Virus record (IMG/VR): IMGVR_UViG_3300047510_001668
Span: 1-64,000 of that record
DNA from: a virus
Length of the DNA stretch: 64,000 nucleotides
Direction: 5' to 3' (one strand)
Within the stretch, counting starts at the first letter, position 1, and every line of letters begins with the position of its first letter. Under the pieces are notes generated by a model. It made no database searches. It was not told where the DNA came from and saw only the letters and a program-made list of their open reading frames with translations. Made by a program: the position numbers and the translations under genes. Positions 55,276 to 64,000 of the stretch are shown here, one piece after another.

Positions 55276-58200
55276 TTATATCAATGTGTTGGTGTAGACT
55301 GGTTCATACGCACCGGTGCTTGGATTATAATTGTACTGAAGACCTGAGCTGCCACCACCATAAGTACCGCCGCTGCTCGTACCACCATCTCCAGTGCCAG
55401 TTGTGGTTCCTGTGGTACTAGTGGTTCCTGATGTGGCAGGAGCTGCAGCCCTTGGTGGAGCAACTACAGATGCAAACCATGATGTGGCGCCTGTGGTTGG
55501 TAGAGTGAAGCTATCTCCTTCAGGTGAGTTTTCTTCATCGAACCAAGGATCTGAAAGAGGTGATAGTTCCACAGTTCCTTCATATGTGAACAACAACTTG
55601 TTTGTAGTATTTATTGACTCGGACGCATAAGGATTTTCAGCATACACAGCTTGTGTGTATGGCAAGGTCACTAGATTGCCTGCTGAAGCTGACACCACGG
55701 CATCTGGACGAAGAATCAATGGCAGAGATGCTGCCAACATGTTGGTCACAGATGATATGTTGGATGGGATGGTGCCTGTGACAGGATCCCCTTCTGAGGT
55801 CAAACTGGTGATGGTGTTTCCTCCTGCAAATGTGCCCGTGACATCTTCCAGATACAACCGAACCCATGTGTAGTTGGTGGTGGTGTCTGTGGCCAACACC
55901 ACTACGTGTTTGATGGTACCTGTGGCAGTTGAGGATGAGGTGGCAGTTTGACCCACTTCATATTCATAGGCGCCGCCAGTTTGTTCCACCACGATGAACA
56001 CATCCTTGGATGTTCGTACCAAATTGGTCAACCCAGCCACATCAAACTTGGCGTTCACAGGCTTCAATGTGGGTTGTAGGATGCCATTGAAAATGGCGCA
56101 ACTGTAGTTGGGGTCATCCACGTCACCACGGCTATGGTCCAGGAAGTCATCCACCAGAATACCATTCTTGGGACGTTCAGCGCCTGCTGATGTGGTGATG
56201 GTGTCATTCAACAACCGTTGTTCCAGGAATGACAGTTCCGTGTACTTCCGTAAATCCTTGACATCTTCAGCAATGGTGTTGATGTCACGCATCGTGAATC
56301 GACGATTTTCCACAGGTGTTGCCACGGCAGCAAATTCTTTTCTGCTCAATGACCGTGCCACTTTAGGTGATGCGGCGGGGAAGGGAGGAATGAACACAGT
56401 ACCTAATGTCATGGCATTACCAGGCTGCGGACGTGCCACTGGTGTTGGGTCAGGAATACCTGTCATCACTTCAAATTCACCTTCCACGTTCAAGATGACT
56501 CTATCCACACGACCCAGATTGTATTGATAGTCTGTGGTGAATTCTTCTTGAGCATGTGGGATGTAGATGCCAGCCAAGAAGGATTTGTTGGCTTCTGTAT
56601 ACACCACAGGATTCATGATGGTGGTGCCAGTGGATGTTGTGATGCCAGAAATTTCATTCACAGTGCCCCGGAAATCCAGCACGTCACGAAGCTCATACTC
56701 CACACCATTAGGTGTTTTGTACTTGGGCATTTCTGTCCATTCAATTTGTGCAGATGAAGCTGCTGTTCCTTGTGCAGGTAGAGGATAACTGTCCACGGTG
56801 AAATACCCACCTAACGAAGCACTGTTGCTATGTTCAAAATAATCAAAGTCAACCACTAAACGCTTGTTGTTGGTGGCATGAGACAAATCAAATGTTTCAT
56901 CCGTCTTTTTGCTGATGGATGACAGTTCGTAGAATGAATTGGTTTGACCGGTGTTCAATTCAAACACACTAGTGGAGTCTGTTGCAATGCTTGTGAATGC
57001 TGTGGTGTTGGACCCAGACAAAACAGAGTTGATTTTGATGACATCATATTGACCCAATGACAAAGAACCATCTAGTGTTTTAGTAGTTGGATTGAAACTT
57101 GGGTGTGTGATACGAACTGTACCACCAGATGCCAAACTGGAAGCAGCAGTAGCAGAGCTGGCAAATGTCACAGTGCCAGTACCTGTGTTGATAGTCCCAA
57201 TGGTACCAATAAGTGTATATACACCATCCGCATCACTGTCATGATACACTTTATCACCAACAGACATGTCATCTGAAGCAATAGAAGCTATAGTGAATGT
57301 TGTAGAGGAGCCAGAAGTGATGGTGGAAGTCGTGGTGAAGTCTTTGGAAATCTGCAACTTCAACTTACGATTTTTACGTAACGTCTTGGTCTTGGGAGAA
57401 GTATCTGTCTTTCTTACTGAGACATACGCAGTTACACCTATGCCACTATCTAAGGTGGTTGCACCATCCGTGTAAATGTCAATCGTCATGGATGTAGAAG
57501 TTAGTGCTGTGATGGCACCTGAAGAAGCTGTTGCTGATGCAGCCAAAGGAATTATTTGCCCCTTTTCATAAATGAATGTGCCGCCGCTATGTGTAGCATC
57601 TGCATTGGCCACCAAAATAACTTCATTGTTTCTTGCTGTTGTGGTGTTAGATGTGAAAGCAAATGTTTCATTACCAGAAAGGGTGAAAGTAACCGCACCA
57701 GTATTTGAGGTTGTACCTGTCAGCATCTTACGATATACAAAATCATTGTTGTATCCTGCGCCTAAGTCCAGCGTAGAAACGTTTCTGCTAGGCAATGAAA
57801 CCAACAATGTATTGTATGATGTATCTTGTAATGTGGCTGGAGTGCTATCAATATCAGCAAAGAAGGCGGGTGCTGTGCTTGCATATATTGTAACAACATT
57901 GGAAAAATCTCCCGCTGTCATCTTGATGTCTGAAAGATACAAACGGTACTTACATGCTTCGTTACCTACAGTACCTGAGTGATATTCCAATGATAGAACT
58001 CGAGCAGTACCCAACTTAGTTCCAGCAGGTGCTGTTGTATCAGAGTTGGTGTTACCGGCAAGAGCTGCAGAATTTGCAGCTGCTGAAGCTGTTCCTGCGT
58101 ACAATTCCACTAATGTGCCAGCATTCAATGATGCCACGCCGCACACTTCCTTCACAATCACGTAGTTGCCATAAGCAGTGCTGACGTTGGCAGATTCCAC

Positions 58201-59307
58201 ATCTCGGGTTTCTGTTTCTTTGTCCACATCAAAATACTGTGTGGCATAGGTTTGATATTCATACCCCTTCACATAGGCTTTACCTGCGGACACACCCAAT
58301 GCCAACTTGGAGGCACTTCCACCATTACCTGAGGTGTACACACCACCGTTATTTCCACTCTTAAGATGTTCACGAATGGACAAGATGAATGGTGTGATGG
58401 TGTAATCACCTGATTCATCATAGGTTCTCCGTGCCAACACCTTGTTCAATTCACCGTAATCCGTCAAATCATATCGACGAGCCACACGACCTGCCACCAG
58501 TTCAAACAACACATTGAAATCATCTGCGGTCACGGCGTTGGGATCAAATGATTCCAACAACGTGGCAACCTTCAATCTATCAGCACCTGGTGCTGTGTAG
58601 TTGTAAGTGCCTGTAGCAGGATCCAACAATGTGCTGTCAGCATCTGCTCCCACGATGCTTTCCACGATGGTGACACCCACCTTCTTGGAAGGTGTGGTGC
58701 TGTAGGCTGACACCACCACAGTTTGTTCCTGATGAATCACAAATGTTCCCTTGCCGTAGATGATGCCATCTTTCAATGAGAACAATGATCCGTAACCTGT
58801 GGGCGTGACACCTGATGGTGCCACCACAAATGTGATGGTGTTGTCAGATTCCAGATACAACACAGCGTCCGCAGGGAAAGCTGTAGTGGTACCGTTGGTG
58901 CCTTGATTCAAATATTGCACATGCAATGTCTTGTAAATGGCAGACTGAGAACCACCTGTGGTCTTCTTGATGACGGCCTTCAATCCTGTGGCACTGTTCA
59001 CCAACACTTCACCTTCATAATCCGCTAGGTCAGCATTGTCAATGGCAACGCTGGCATTATCTGTGTCCAGAATCTTCACATAGGGAACCTTGGTGTTCAA
59101 GGCATAGTCACACCCTGTGATGACTGCGCCTTCTTTGAACACATGATTTCCAAAACGTTCAACCTGTTTCTGAAGGATGGTTTGAATTTGTGTTAATTCA
59201 CGAGCTTGTACAGCATATCCTGGCTTAAACAGGATACGTTGATACTGCTTGTCATCACTGAAATCATCATAATATGGATTAACATTGAGATTGAGATTGT
59301 TTGGCAT
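55276..59307 (-). CDS. DUF4815/VrlC-type virion structural protein, N-terminal part
   Basis: NLNVNPYYDDF...RILFKPGYAVQARELTQIQTILQKQVERFGNHVFKEG; LARRTYDESGDY; GKAYVKGYE; RRFTMRDI; NGILVDDF. Confidence 0.85.
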   Translation of the reverse strand: MPNNLNLNVNPYYDDFSDDKQYQRILFKPGYAVQARELTQIQTILQKQVERFGNHVFKEGAVITGCDYALNTKVPYVKILDTDNASVAIDNADLADYEGEVLVNSATGLKAVIKKTTGGSQSAIYKTLHVQYLNQGTNGTTTAFPADAVLYLESDNTITFVVAPSGVTPTGYGSLFSLKDGIIYGKGTFVIHQEQTVVVSAYSTTPSKKVGVTIVESIVGADADSTLLDPATGTYNYTAPGADRLKVATLLESFDPNAVTADDFNVLFELVAGRVARRYDLTDYGELNKVLARRTYDESGDYTITPFILSIREHLKSGNNGGVYTSGNGGSASKLALGVSAGKAYVKGYEYQTYATQYFDVDKETETRDVESANVSTAYGNYVIVKEVCGVASLNAGTLVELYAGTASAAANSAALAGNTNSDTTAPAGTKLGTARVLSLEYHSGTVGNEACKYRLYLSDIKMTAGDFSNVVTIYASTAPAFFADIDSTPATLQDTSYNTLLVSLPSRNVSTLDLGAGYNNDFVYRKMLTGTTSNTGAVTFTLSGNETFAFTSNTTTARNNEVILVANADATHSGGTFIYEKGQIIPLAASATASSGAITALTSTSMTIDIYTDGATTLDSGIGVTAYVSVRKTDTSPKTKTLRKNRKLKLQISKDFTTTSTITSGSSTTFTIASIASDDMSVGDKVYHDSDADGVYTLIGTIGTINTGTGTVTFASSATAASSLASGGTVRITHPSFNPTTKTLDGSLSLGQYDVIKINSVLSGSNTTAFTSIATDSTSVFELNTGQTNSFYELSSISKKTDETFDLSHATNNKRLVVDFDYFEHSNSASLGGYFTVDSYPLPAQGTAASSAQIEWTEMPKYKTPNGVEYELRDVLDFRGTVNEISGITTSTGTTIMNPVVYTEANKSFLAGIYIPHAQEEFTTDYQYNLGRVDRVILNVEGEFEVMTGIPDPTPVARPQPGNAMTLGTVFIPPFPAASPKVARSLSRKEFAAVATPVENRRFTMRDINTIAEDVKDLRKYTELSFLEQRLLNDTITTSAGAERPKNGILVDDFLDHSRGDVDDPNYSCAIFNGILQPTLKPVNAKFDVAGLTNLVRTSKDVFIVVEQTGGAYEYEVGQTATSSSTATGTIKHVVVLATDTTTNYTWVRLYLEDVTGTFAGGNTITSLTSEGDPVTGTIPSNISSVTNMLAASLPLILRPDAVVSASAGNLVTLPYTQAVYAENPYASESINTTNKLLFTYEGTVELSPLSDPWFDEENSPEGDSFTLPTTGATSWFASVVAPPRAAAPATSGTTSTTGTTTGTGDGGTSSGGTYGGGSSGLQYNYNPSTGAYEPVYTNTLI

Positions 59308-59315
59308 TGTTGTCC

Positions 59316-61139
59316 TTAGAAGCTAAAATAAAGTTTGATTTTTTCAACTTGTTCAGATTGACGAGTGACAGGATTGATGTTTTGTAGGTACACAATGTCA
59401 CCTGTGTGTGAGTCTATTTCTGGAGCTGTTACTGTGGTGAGTGTCAACGTGGTGCCTGATGGAGTGGTTTCATTGGACACCACAGACCCAGCAGCTAAAT
59501 TGATGTCATCATTGATGGGTAACAGATGTAGTGTGGTTCCACTCTTGTAGGTGACAATGAATCTTCCACCTGCTGCCGTGGTGAGAATGTCATCCATGGT
59601 GTAGGGTGTGCCACTTGGTACTGTCACCACGTAGGCAGCATTGCCTGTGTTGGATGTGAATAGTGTGCCACTTTCATATTGTTTCAGATTCTTCACCAAT
59701 CCAAATTGGCGGAAGTTGTTGTTCAAGAAGAAATCAGCTGCCACATCTTCAATGGACACCACGATGCCCACCACGTTGGCTAGGAGTTCCTTGGGAACAT
59801 CACTGCCATGCCCTCCTTGTGGAGAAATCACTGCCTGTAGTGAGGCATTGGAACCCACAGTGGGTGTCAGCGTGGCATAGGTGTAACCTGAACCTGGATT
59901 GGTGACTGTGACCGCTGTGATGACACCTGATGATATGGTAGCTGTGGCTGTGAATCCTGTGCCATCACCTGCCACGTTGATGATGGTGGCACCGCTGTAT
60001 CCTGTGCCTCCGGACACCACGTTCACGAAATCAATGGAGCCATTCTTCACGACAGCATTTGCTGCCACGTCGATGTTCAAAGGATTGGGAACATCTGAGG
60101 TTTCCAAGTTCACGATGGCAGAAGCACCTGAGCCGCCGCCTCCTGAGAAACTAATCAAGGCATATGAGTACCCTTCACCGCCGTTGGTGATAGTGATGCT
60201 GTTCACGCCGCCTGCTGCTATCGTGGCAGTGGCGGTGGCACCCACACCATCTCCCAGGATGGCAACTGAAGGTGCACTAGCATATCCTGAACCAGCACTT
60301 TGAATGGTGGCTGATGCCACCACGCCATTATGGTCGAATGCTGATGAGGTGGCTGTGAAACGAACAGGAATGTACTCGTTGGTCAAGAACTTGGCGCGGT
60401 CACCTACAGGTACTTCATACAAGAACTGCCACTTGTACCCATCAGCCAGTGTTTGAGGACCCACAGCTGTGCTGGTGGGTTGCACTGTGGATGTTGTGCC
60501 TGGTGAGTACACACACTTGTAGATGCGATAGGAGCTGTTCATCACATAGAAATCATTGGCAAGACTTTGCAACACCACATCACTGTCATAGGCGCTGTAG
60601 GTGGTACCTGTCACCCAGTTCACACGTTCAATCATCAATGCCGTGTCATTGGGTTGCACTCGTTTCACTGCCATGATGTCACGGCGTGTTTGTGCATCTG
60701 TTTCACGGGTGTCTGTGGGAGTGGGGGCTGATGCGTCATTGGTCCAGGCAGAAGTTCTACCTAGAAACACATAGTAGTAATCAGAAGGATTAGGATAGGT
60801 GTAGACATCGTATTTCACAATCACAACATTTTGGTTCAATGATGCTCCTGAGTCCAACACCACACTGGTGCCATTGGTGGCCGTGTAGGCATCTGTGGCA
60901 AGTTGTGTGCCATTCACATAAACGGCAATTCTTCCTGGCGTGTATGCCAGAGTTTGACCGTCAGAATCAGCACCTGAAAATGTGGTTTGACCCGCTGTGG
61001 CAATGTACACATACACTGTGTTGCCAGTGGGTGTCAAAGAATTCAAATCAGAAGAAACCACATTTCGTGTGTTGGTGATGTTTCTGTGAAATTCTCTGGC
61101 AAGCTCAGAGCGAAATCTGTAAGGAAGGAGTGCAGGCAT
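59316..61139 (-). CDS. gp8: T4 gp8-like baseplate wedge subunit
   Basis: YYVFLGRTSAW, RVNWVTGTTYSAYD, FYVMNSSYRIYKC, DGYKWQFLYEV, GGHGSD, FRQFGLVKN, SGDIVYLQN-type end (HTGDIVYLQN...QVEKIKLYFSF). Confidence 0.85.
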   Translation of the reverse strand: MPALLPYRFRSELAREFHRNITNTRNVVSSDLNSLTPTGNTVYVYIATAGQTTFSGADSDGQTLAYTPGRIAVYVNGTQLATDAYTATNGTSVVLDSGASLNQNVVIVKYDVYTYPNPSDYYYVFLGRTSAWTNDASAPTPTDTRETDAQTRRDIMAVKRVQPNDTALMIERVNWVTGTTYSAYDSDVVLQSLANDFYVMNSSYRIYKCVYSPGTTSTVQPTSTAVGPQTLADGYKWQFLYEVPVGDRAKFLTNEYIPVRFTATSSAFDHNGVVASATIQSAGSGYASAPSVAILGDGVGATATATIAAGGVNSITITNGGEGYSYALISFSGGGGSGASAIVNLETSDVPNPLNIDVAANAVVKNGSIDFVNVVSGGTGYSGATIINVAGDGTGFTATATISSGVITAVTVTNPGSGYTYATLTPTVGSNASLQAVISPQGGHGSDVPKELLANVVGIVVSIEDVAADFFLNNNFRQFGLVKNLKQYESGTLFTSNTGNAAYVVTVPSGTPYTMDDILTTAAGGRFIVTYKSGTTLHLLPINDDINLAAGSVVSNETTPSGTTLTLTTVTAPEIDSHTGDIVYLQNINPVTRQSEQVEKIKLYFSF

Positions 61140-61162
61140 GGTTTTTTAGGTTGATTTAACAA

Positions 61163-61170
61163 TATTTATA
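61163..61170 (-). promoter_or_regulatory. T4-type late promoter (TATAAATA)
   Basis: Exact motif 24 nt upstream of the gp8 ATG. Confidence 0.75.
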
Positions 61171-61172
61171 CG

Positions 61173-62534
61173 TTACGGCGTAGTGTCTATGGCAGTCAAA
61201 CTGCCTGTGGATGACACAGTGACCGACCCAGTTCCAGTGAGTTCCAGTTCAGCAAACATCTTGAAACCACTGGGGTGAGTGCTATTCAGATACTTGCTAC
61301 CCCATTCATCCATGGGAGTGGTGGAGGTGATGAGATAGGAATAGGGCTGATAATAGTAGTTGTCAAACAATTTGTTGATGTCAGACAGGAATCCTGAGGC
61401 ATCTTTGAAGTAGCCAGGTGCTTTGTACACCAAGCCTGTATTGAATGTCACCGTGGCTGTCTCACCTGATGCATCATAGGGATCAAATCCAATGGTGACA
61501 GTTTCAGCATTGGCATTGAATTTCCAACCAGATTCAATGATGCGCAATCCTGCCAGAGTGTTGTCATCTCCTAGACTGACATAGCCCGCTTCCACGTAAT
61601 CTTCCAGGAAGTACAATTCTGTGTCGAAGTCTTGTATGGAGTTCACACGCACAATGGCTCCATTCACACCAGGTGTTTCTTCAGCCAGATAGCTGTCTGG
61701 CACTTCAAACATGGAGCCATAGGCATCAATGGATGCCACGCTGGTCAATTGTCTGGTCAATCTACCGTACACGGTTTCATCATACACCAGAAAGATTCTG
61801 GTATCTTCATTTCCCAACGCTGAGATGGTTTCATTGGCACCATCACCATCCACATCCACAGCAGTGATGTTCAACAAGTCAGCATGGTCTGGGAACACAT
61901 AGGTGTCAACCAAATCCACTTCCAACATGTAGATGTTGGGTTCGGATGTGCCTATCACATGATAGCAAGAGGCAGAGATGGTGCGAACTTCATCTGTGCC
62001 AGGAAGTGACAGATAGTAGGCCAATTGAATTGCCTGTCCCTCCAAATCAAAAATGTCTCTTGTGGAGATGTTCACAGCAGCCAAAGCACCTTCTGCAATG
62101 GTGCCTGTTGTGTCAACTTTGATGTAGTTCTTTCTGGTCCATTTTCCATCTGAGGCACGTAGAATGTTGTCACCTGGATAGGTAATAGTTGCAGTGCTGT
62201 TCAGGACAATACGGAAAAACAGTTCCGTGGCATTTTCTGACCCTTTGGCTTCATAGTACTGGCTGATGTATTTAATCAGACGGCGTGTGGACAATTCCGT
62301 GTCTGAAGGAAAATCATAGGCATATTGACTTTTGAACTCAGGAATGAACACATCCAATGTGTTGTCAATGTCTCGCCATTCATCACTGTTCAACAACACA
62401 TCATGAACGTTGTCAGTTTGTTCCAGGAAACGATAATAGGCTTCAATGAATTCCACAAACTGTGGATATTCAGCCCGAACAAAGGAAGGAAGATGCCCTG
62501 AAACTAAATGACTGAGTTTGTTTTTGATGGACAT
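61173..62534 (-). CDS. gp7: T4 gp7-like baseplate wedge initiator (short form)
   Basis: HLPSFVRAEYPQFVEFIEAYYRFLE, LIKYISQYYEAKGS, YPGDNILRASDGKW, YYYQPYSYLI...THPSGFKMFAE. Confidence 0.8.
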   Translation of the reverse strand: MSIKNKLSHLVSGHLPSFVRAEYPQFVEFIEAYYRFLEQTDNVHDVLLNSDEWRDIDNTLDVFIPEFKSQYAYDFPSDTELSTRRLIKYISQYYEAKGSENATELFFRIVLNSTATITYPGDNILRASDGKWTRKNYIKVDTTGTIAEGALAAVNISTRDIFDLEGQAIQLAYYLSLPGTDEVRTISASCYHVIGTSEPNIYMLEVDLVDTYVFPDHADLLNITAVDVDGDGANETISALGNEDTRIFLVYDETVYGRLTRQLTSVASIDAYGSMFEVPDSYLAEETPGVNGAIVRVNSIQDFDTELYFLEDYVEAGYVSLGDDNTLAGLRIIESGWKFNANAETVTIGFDPYDASGETATVTFNTGLVYKAPGYFKDASGFLSDINKLFDNYYYQPYSYLITSTTPMDEWGSKYLNSTHPSGFKMFAELELTGTGSVTVSSTGSLTAIDTTP

Positions 62535-64000
62535 TATTCAGAGAAAGGTAATGCGGTGATGGCCAAACCTGAGCTGATGCCTGCACTTGGATCCACTTCA
62601 CTGTCATCCAACACAATGATGGTGTTCTTGGCAGGTTGAGCCAGTACAGCAAATTCTGAGATATCAGATGTTCTGGTTAGTGAGCTGGAAATGTTTTGAT
62701 ACAATGCCTGAGGTGTGGCATGAAGATGCAACTTGGTGGCATTGCCTGCGTAACTTTGTACAAACAGATTGTTCAATGTGATGATGCCTGTGGCATAGTT
62801 CACAGTACCCACATTCACAACTGGAAGACCCGTGGATGCATTAATGAACTTCAAAGTACCTGTGCCTGTATCATTTTGCAAACTGTCATCACTGAAATCT
62901 CTGATATAGCCCAGATAGTTTCTGTTGCTTACTTTGGTTGTGAAGTTGGATGAGTAGATGGTTTCTGGGTCTATGGCAGTGAGCATGTTCACTGTGGCAG
63001 AATAACTGGAATTCAATGTGATGGACAAACGTTTTTGTAAACGCATCTTGAACACAGAGCTGATGATGGCATTATTCAAATCCTTCACTCGTTCAGTCAA
63101 ACGATACAAGAAGAAGGTTTTATCCAATGTACCAAAATCATTTGTGAAGTAGGTTTCAATTTCCGTTTCCACAGCGGCTGCCATTTGTGTGGATGTTGAG
63201 CTGGTCAATTTGTTGTTGTAATTCACGATACCTTCAAACCCTAGATACAAGTATTCAGGATCCACGAATTCATGTTGAATGCTCATCACACTCTTGGGAC
63301 GAATCACAGATTCCAGAAGATATTCCTTGTCTGCGTCTGTGAACACAGCACCTGTGGTGGGATGAACTGAAATGAACACTTTGCCGTATTGTGGTGGGTC
63401 ATTTTCCTCGCCGCCCCATACAGCCACTTCCCGTGCCTTGGCAAGATTGGCTTTGATGAGTGACCGATAATCTTCTGAGGTGACCGCCCGATTTCTTGTG
63501 GCATTGTATTTGGGAGCATTGAAACGAACACTATCAATGGATTCTTTTTCCTGACCGCCGGCGGCAGGAGTCACTGTGGTCACTGTGGCTGTGGTTTCTC
63601 CATTCACAGTGCCTGACAAACTGAATGTTTGTGCACCGTTGGCATCCGGACCCTTGGAGGCATAATAAGACACCGTGACGATGTTACCCACAGTCAAGGC
63701 TTTTCCAATGATGTCATCACCGAACACAATTTGATATTTGCCATCCAGATTTTCTTCTACCCAGAAAACCTTGCTGGTTCCTGTGATGTCCACGATGGTG
63801 GATGTCTTGTTCCATGTAGTAGTTGTGACATCACCCACAGAATTTTGTACCACCACTTCAATGGTGGTGGTGTCCAACGTGTCCACAGGAATCACTAATG
63901 GACCTTGTGTCAAGTCTGCTGTGATGGTGAAGGCATTGGATAATCCCACACCTTCAATCAATTCCACATCAGTGAATGAGAATATTCCACTTGACACTGT
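62534..64000 (-). CDS. gp6: T4 gp6-like baseplate wedge subunit, 5' end outside the window
   Basis: VFWVEENLDGKYQIVFGDDIIG, ESIDSVRFNAP...RAVTSEDY, VWGGEENDPPQYGKVFIS, GTVNYATG. Confidence 0.9.
   Translation of the reverse strand, partial: TVSSGIFSFTDVELIEGVGLSNAFTITADLTQGPLVIPVDTLDTTTIEVVVQNSVGDVTTTTWNKTSTIVDITGTSKVFWVEENLDGKYQIVFGDDIIGKALTVGNIVTVSYYASKGPDANGAQTFSLSGTVNGETTATVTTVTPAAGGQEKESIDSVRFNAPKYNATRNRAVTSEDYRSLIKANLAKAREVAVWGGEENDPPQYGKVFISVHPTTGAVFTDADKEYLLESVIRPKSVMSIQHEFVDPEYLYLGFEGIVNYNNKLTSSTSTQMAAAVETEIETYFTNDFGTLDKTFFLYRLTERVKDLNNAIISSVFKMRLQKRLSITLNSSYSATVNMLTAIDPETIYSSNFTTKVSNRNYLGYIRDFSDDSLQNDTGTGTLKFINASTGLPVVNVGTVNYATGIITLNNLFVQSYAGNATKLHLHATPQALYQNISSSLTRTSDISEFAVLAQPAKNTIIVLDDSEVDPSAGISSGLAITALPFSE

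Noticed and set aside
1-64000. Stop-codon reassignment, as in some large phages
   Set aside because: Genes tile densely under code 11 with intact long ORFs, and TAA, TGA and TAG all occur as apparent terminators (e.g. 5513 TGA, 36789 TAG).
1-64000. tRNA/rRNA genes, integrase, transposase, introns or inteins
   Set aside because: Intergenic gaps are short and explained by promoters and terminators. I saw no cloverleaf or mobile-element motifs by eye; a tRNAscan/Infernal run would be needed to exclude them fully.

Overview
A 64-kb piece of a large contractile-tailed (myovirus-type) phage sequence. Every credible gene lies on the minus strand, and standard code 11 reads through cleanly. Left part (1 to ~22 kb): a short family-A DNA polymerase, a tail/baseplate-hub module (hub-like protein with an N-terminal L,D-transpeptidase-like domain, LysM/gpX-like protein, tube-initiator-like protein, tape measure, chaperone pair with a candidate frameshift), a SMARCAL1-like SNF2 helicase, small collagen-containing fibre proteins, two 2OG-Fe(II) oxygenases, two GT-A glycosyltransferases and an 87-triplet collagen fibre. 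Middle (22-39 kb): three paralogous giant tail fibres with S74 chaperone domains plus accessory fibre proteins. Right (39-64 kb): a glycan-building cluster (two GT60/Gnt1-like GlcNAc transferases, two HtrL-like proteins with one fused to a methyltransferase and a GT-A domain, and a NodU/CmcH carbamoyltransferase). It sits behind a T4-type late promoter and directly beside a 1411-aa mucin-like Pro/Thr/Ser virion protein. It is followed by T4-like DUF4815/VrlC-type proteins and baseplate wedge gp8, gp7 and gp6 (truncated). Top candidate novel system: phage-encoded mucin-type O-glycosylation and glycan decoration of a fibre-tip protein. Caveat: the AT-rich motif upstream of structural genes reads TATTTATA in the left part but TATAAATA in the right part, and codon style changes inside fibre 22026..26135, so the window may join two phage lineages (natural recombinant or assembly chimera). 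All family assignments come from motif recognition by eye; no searches were run.
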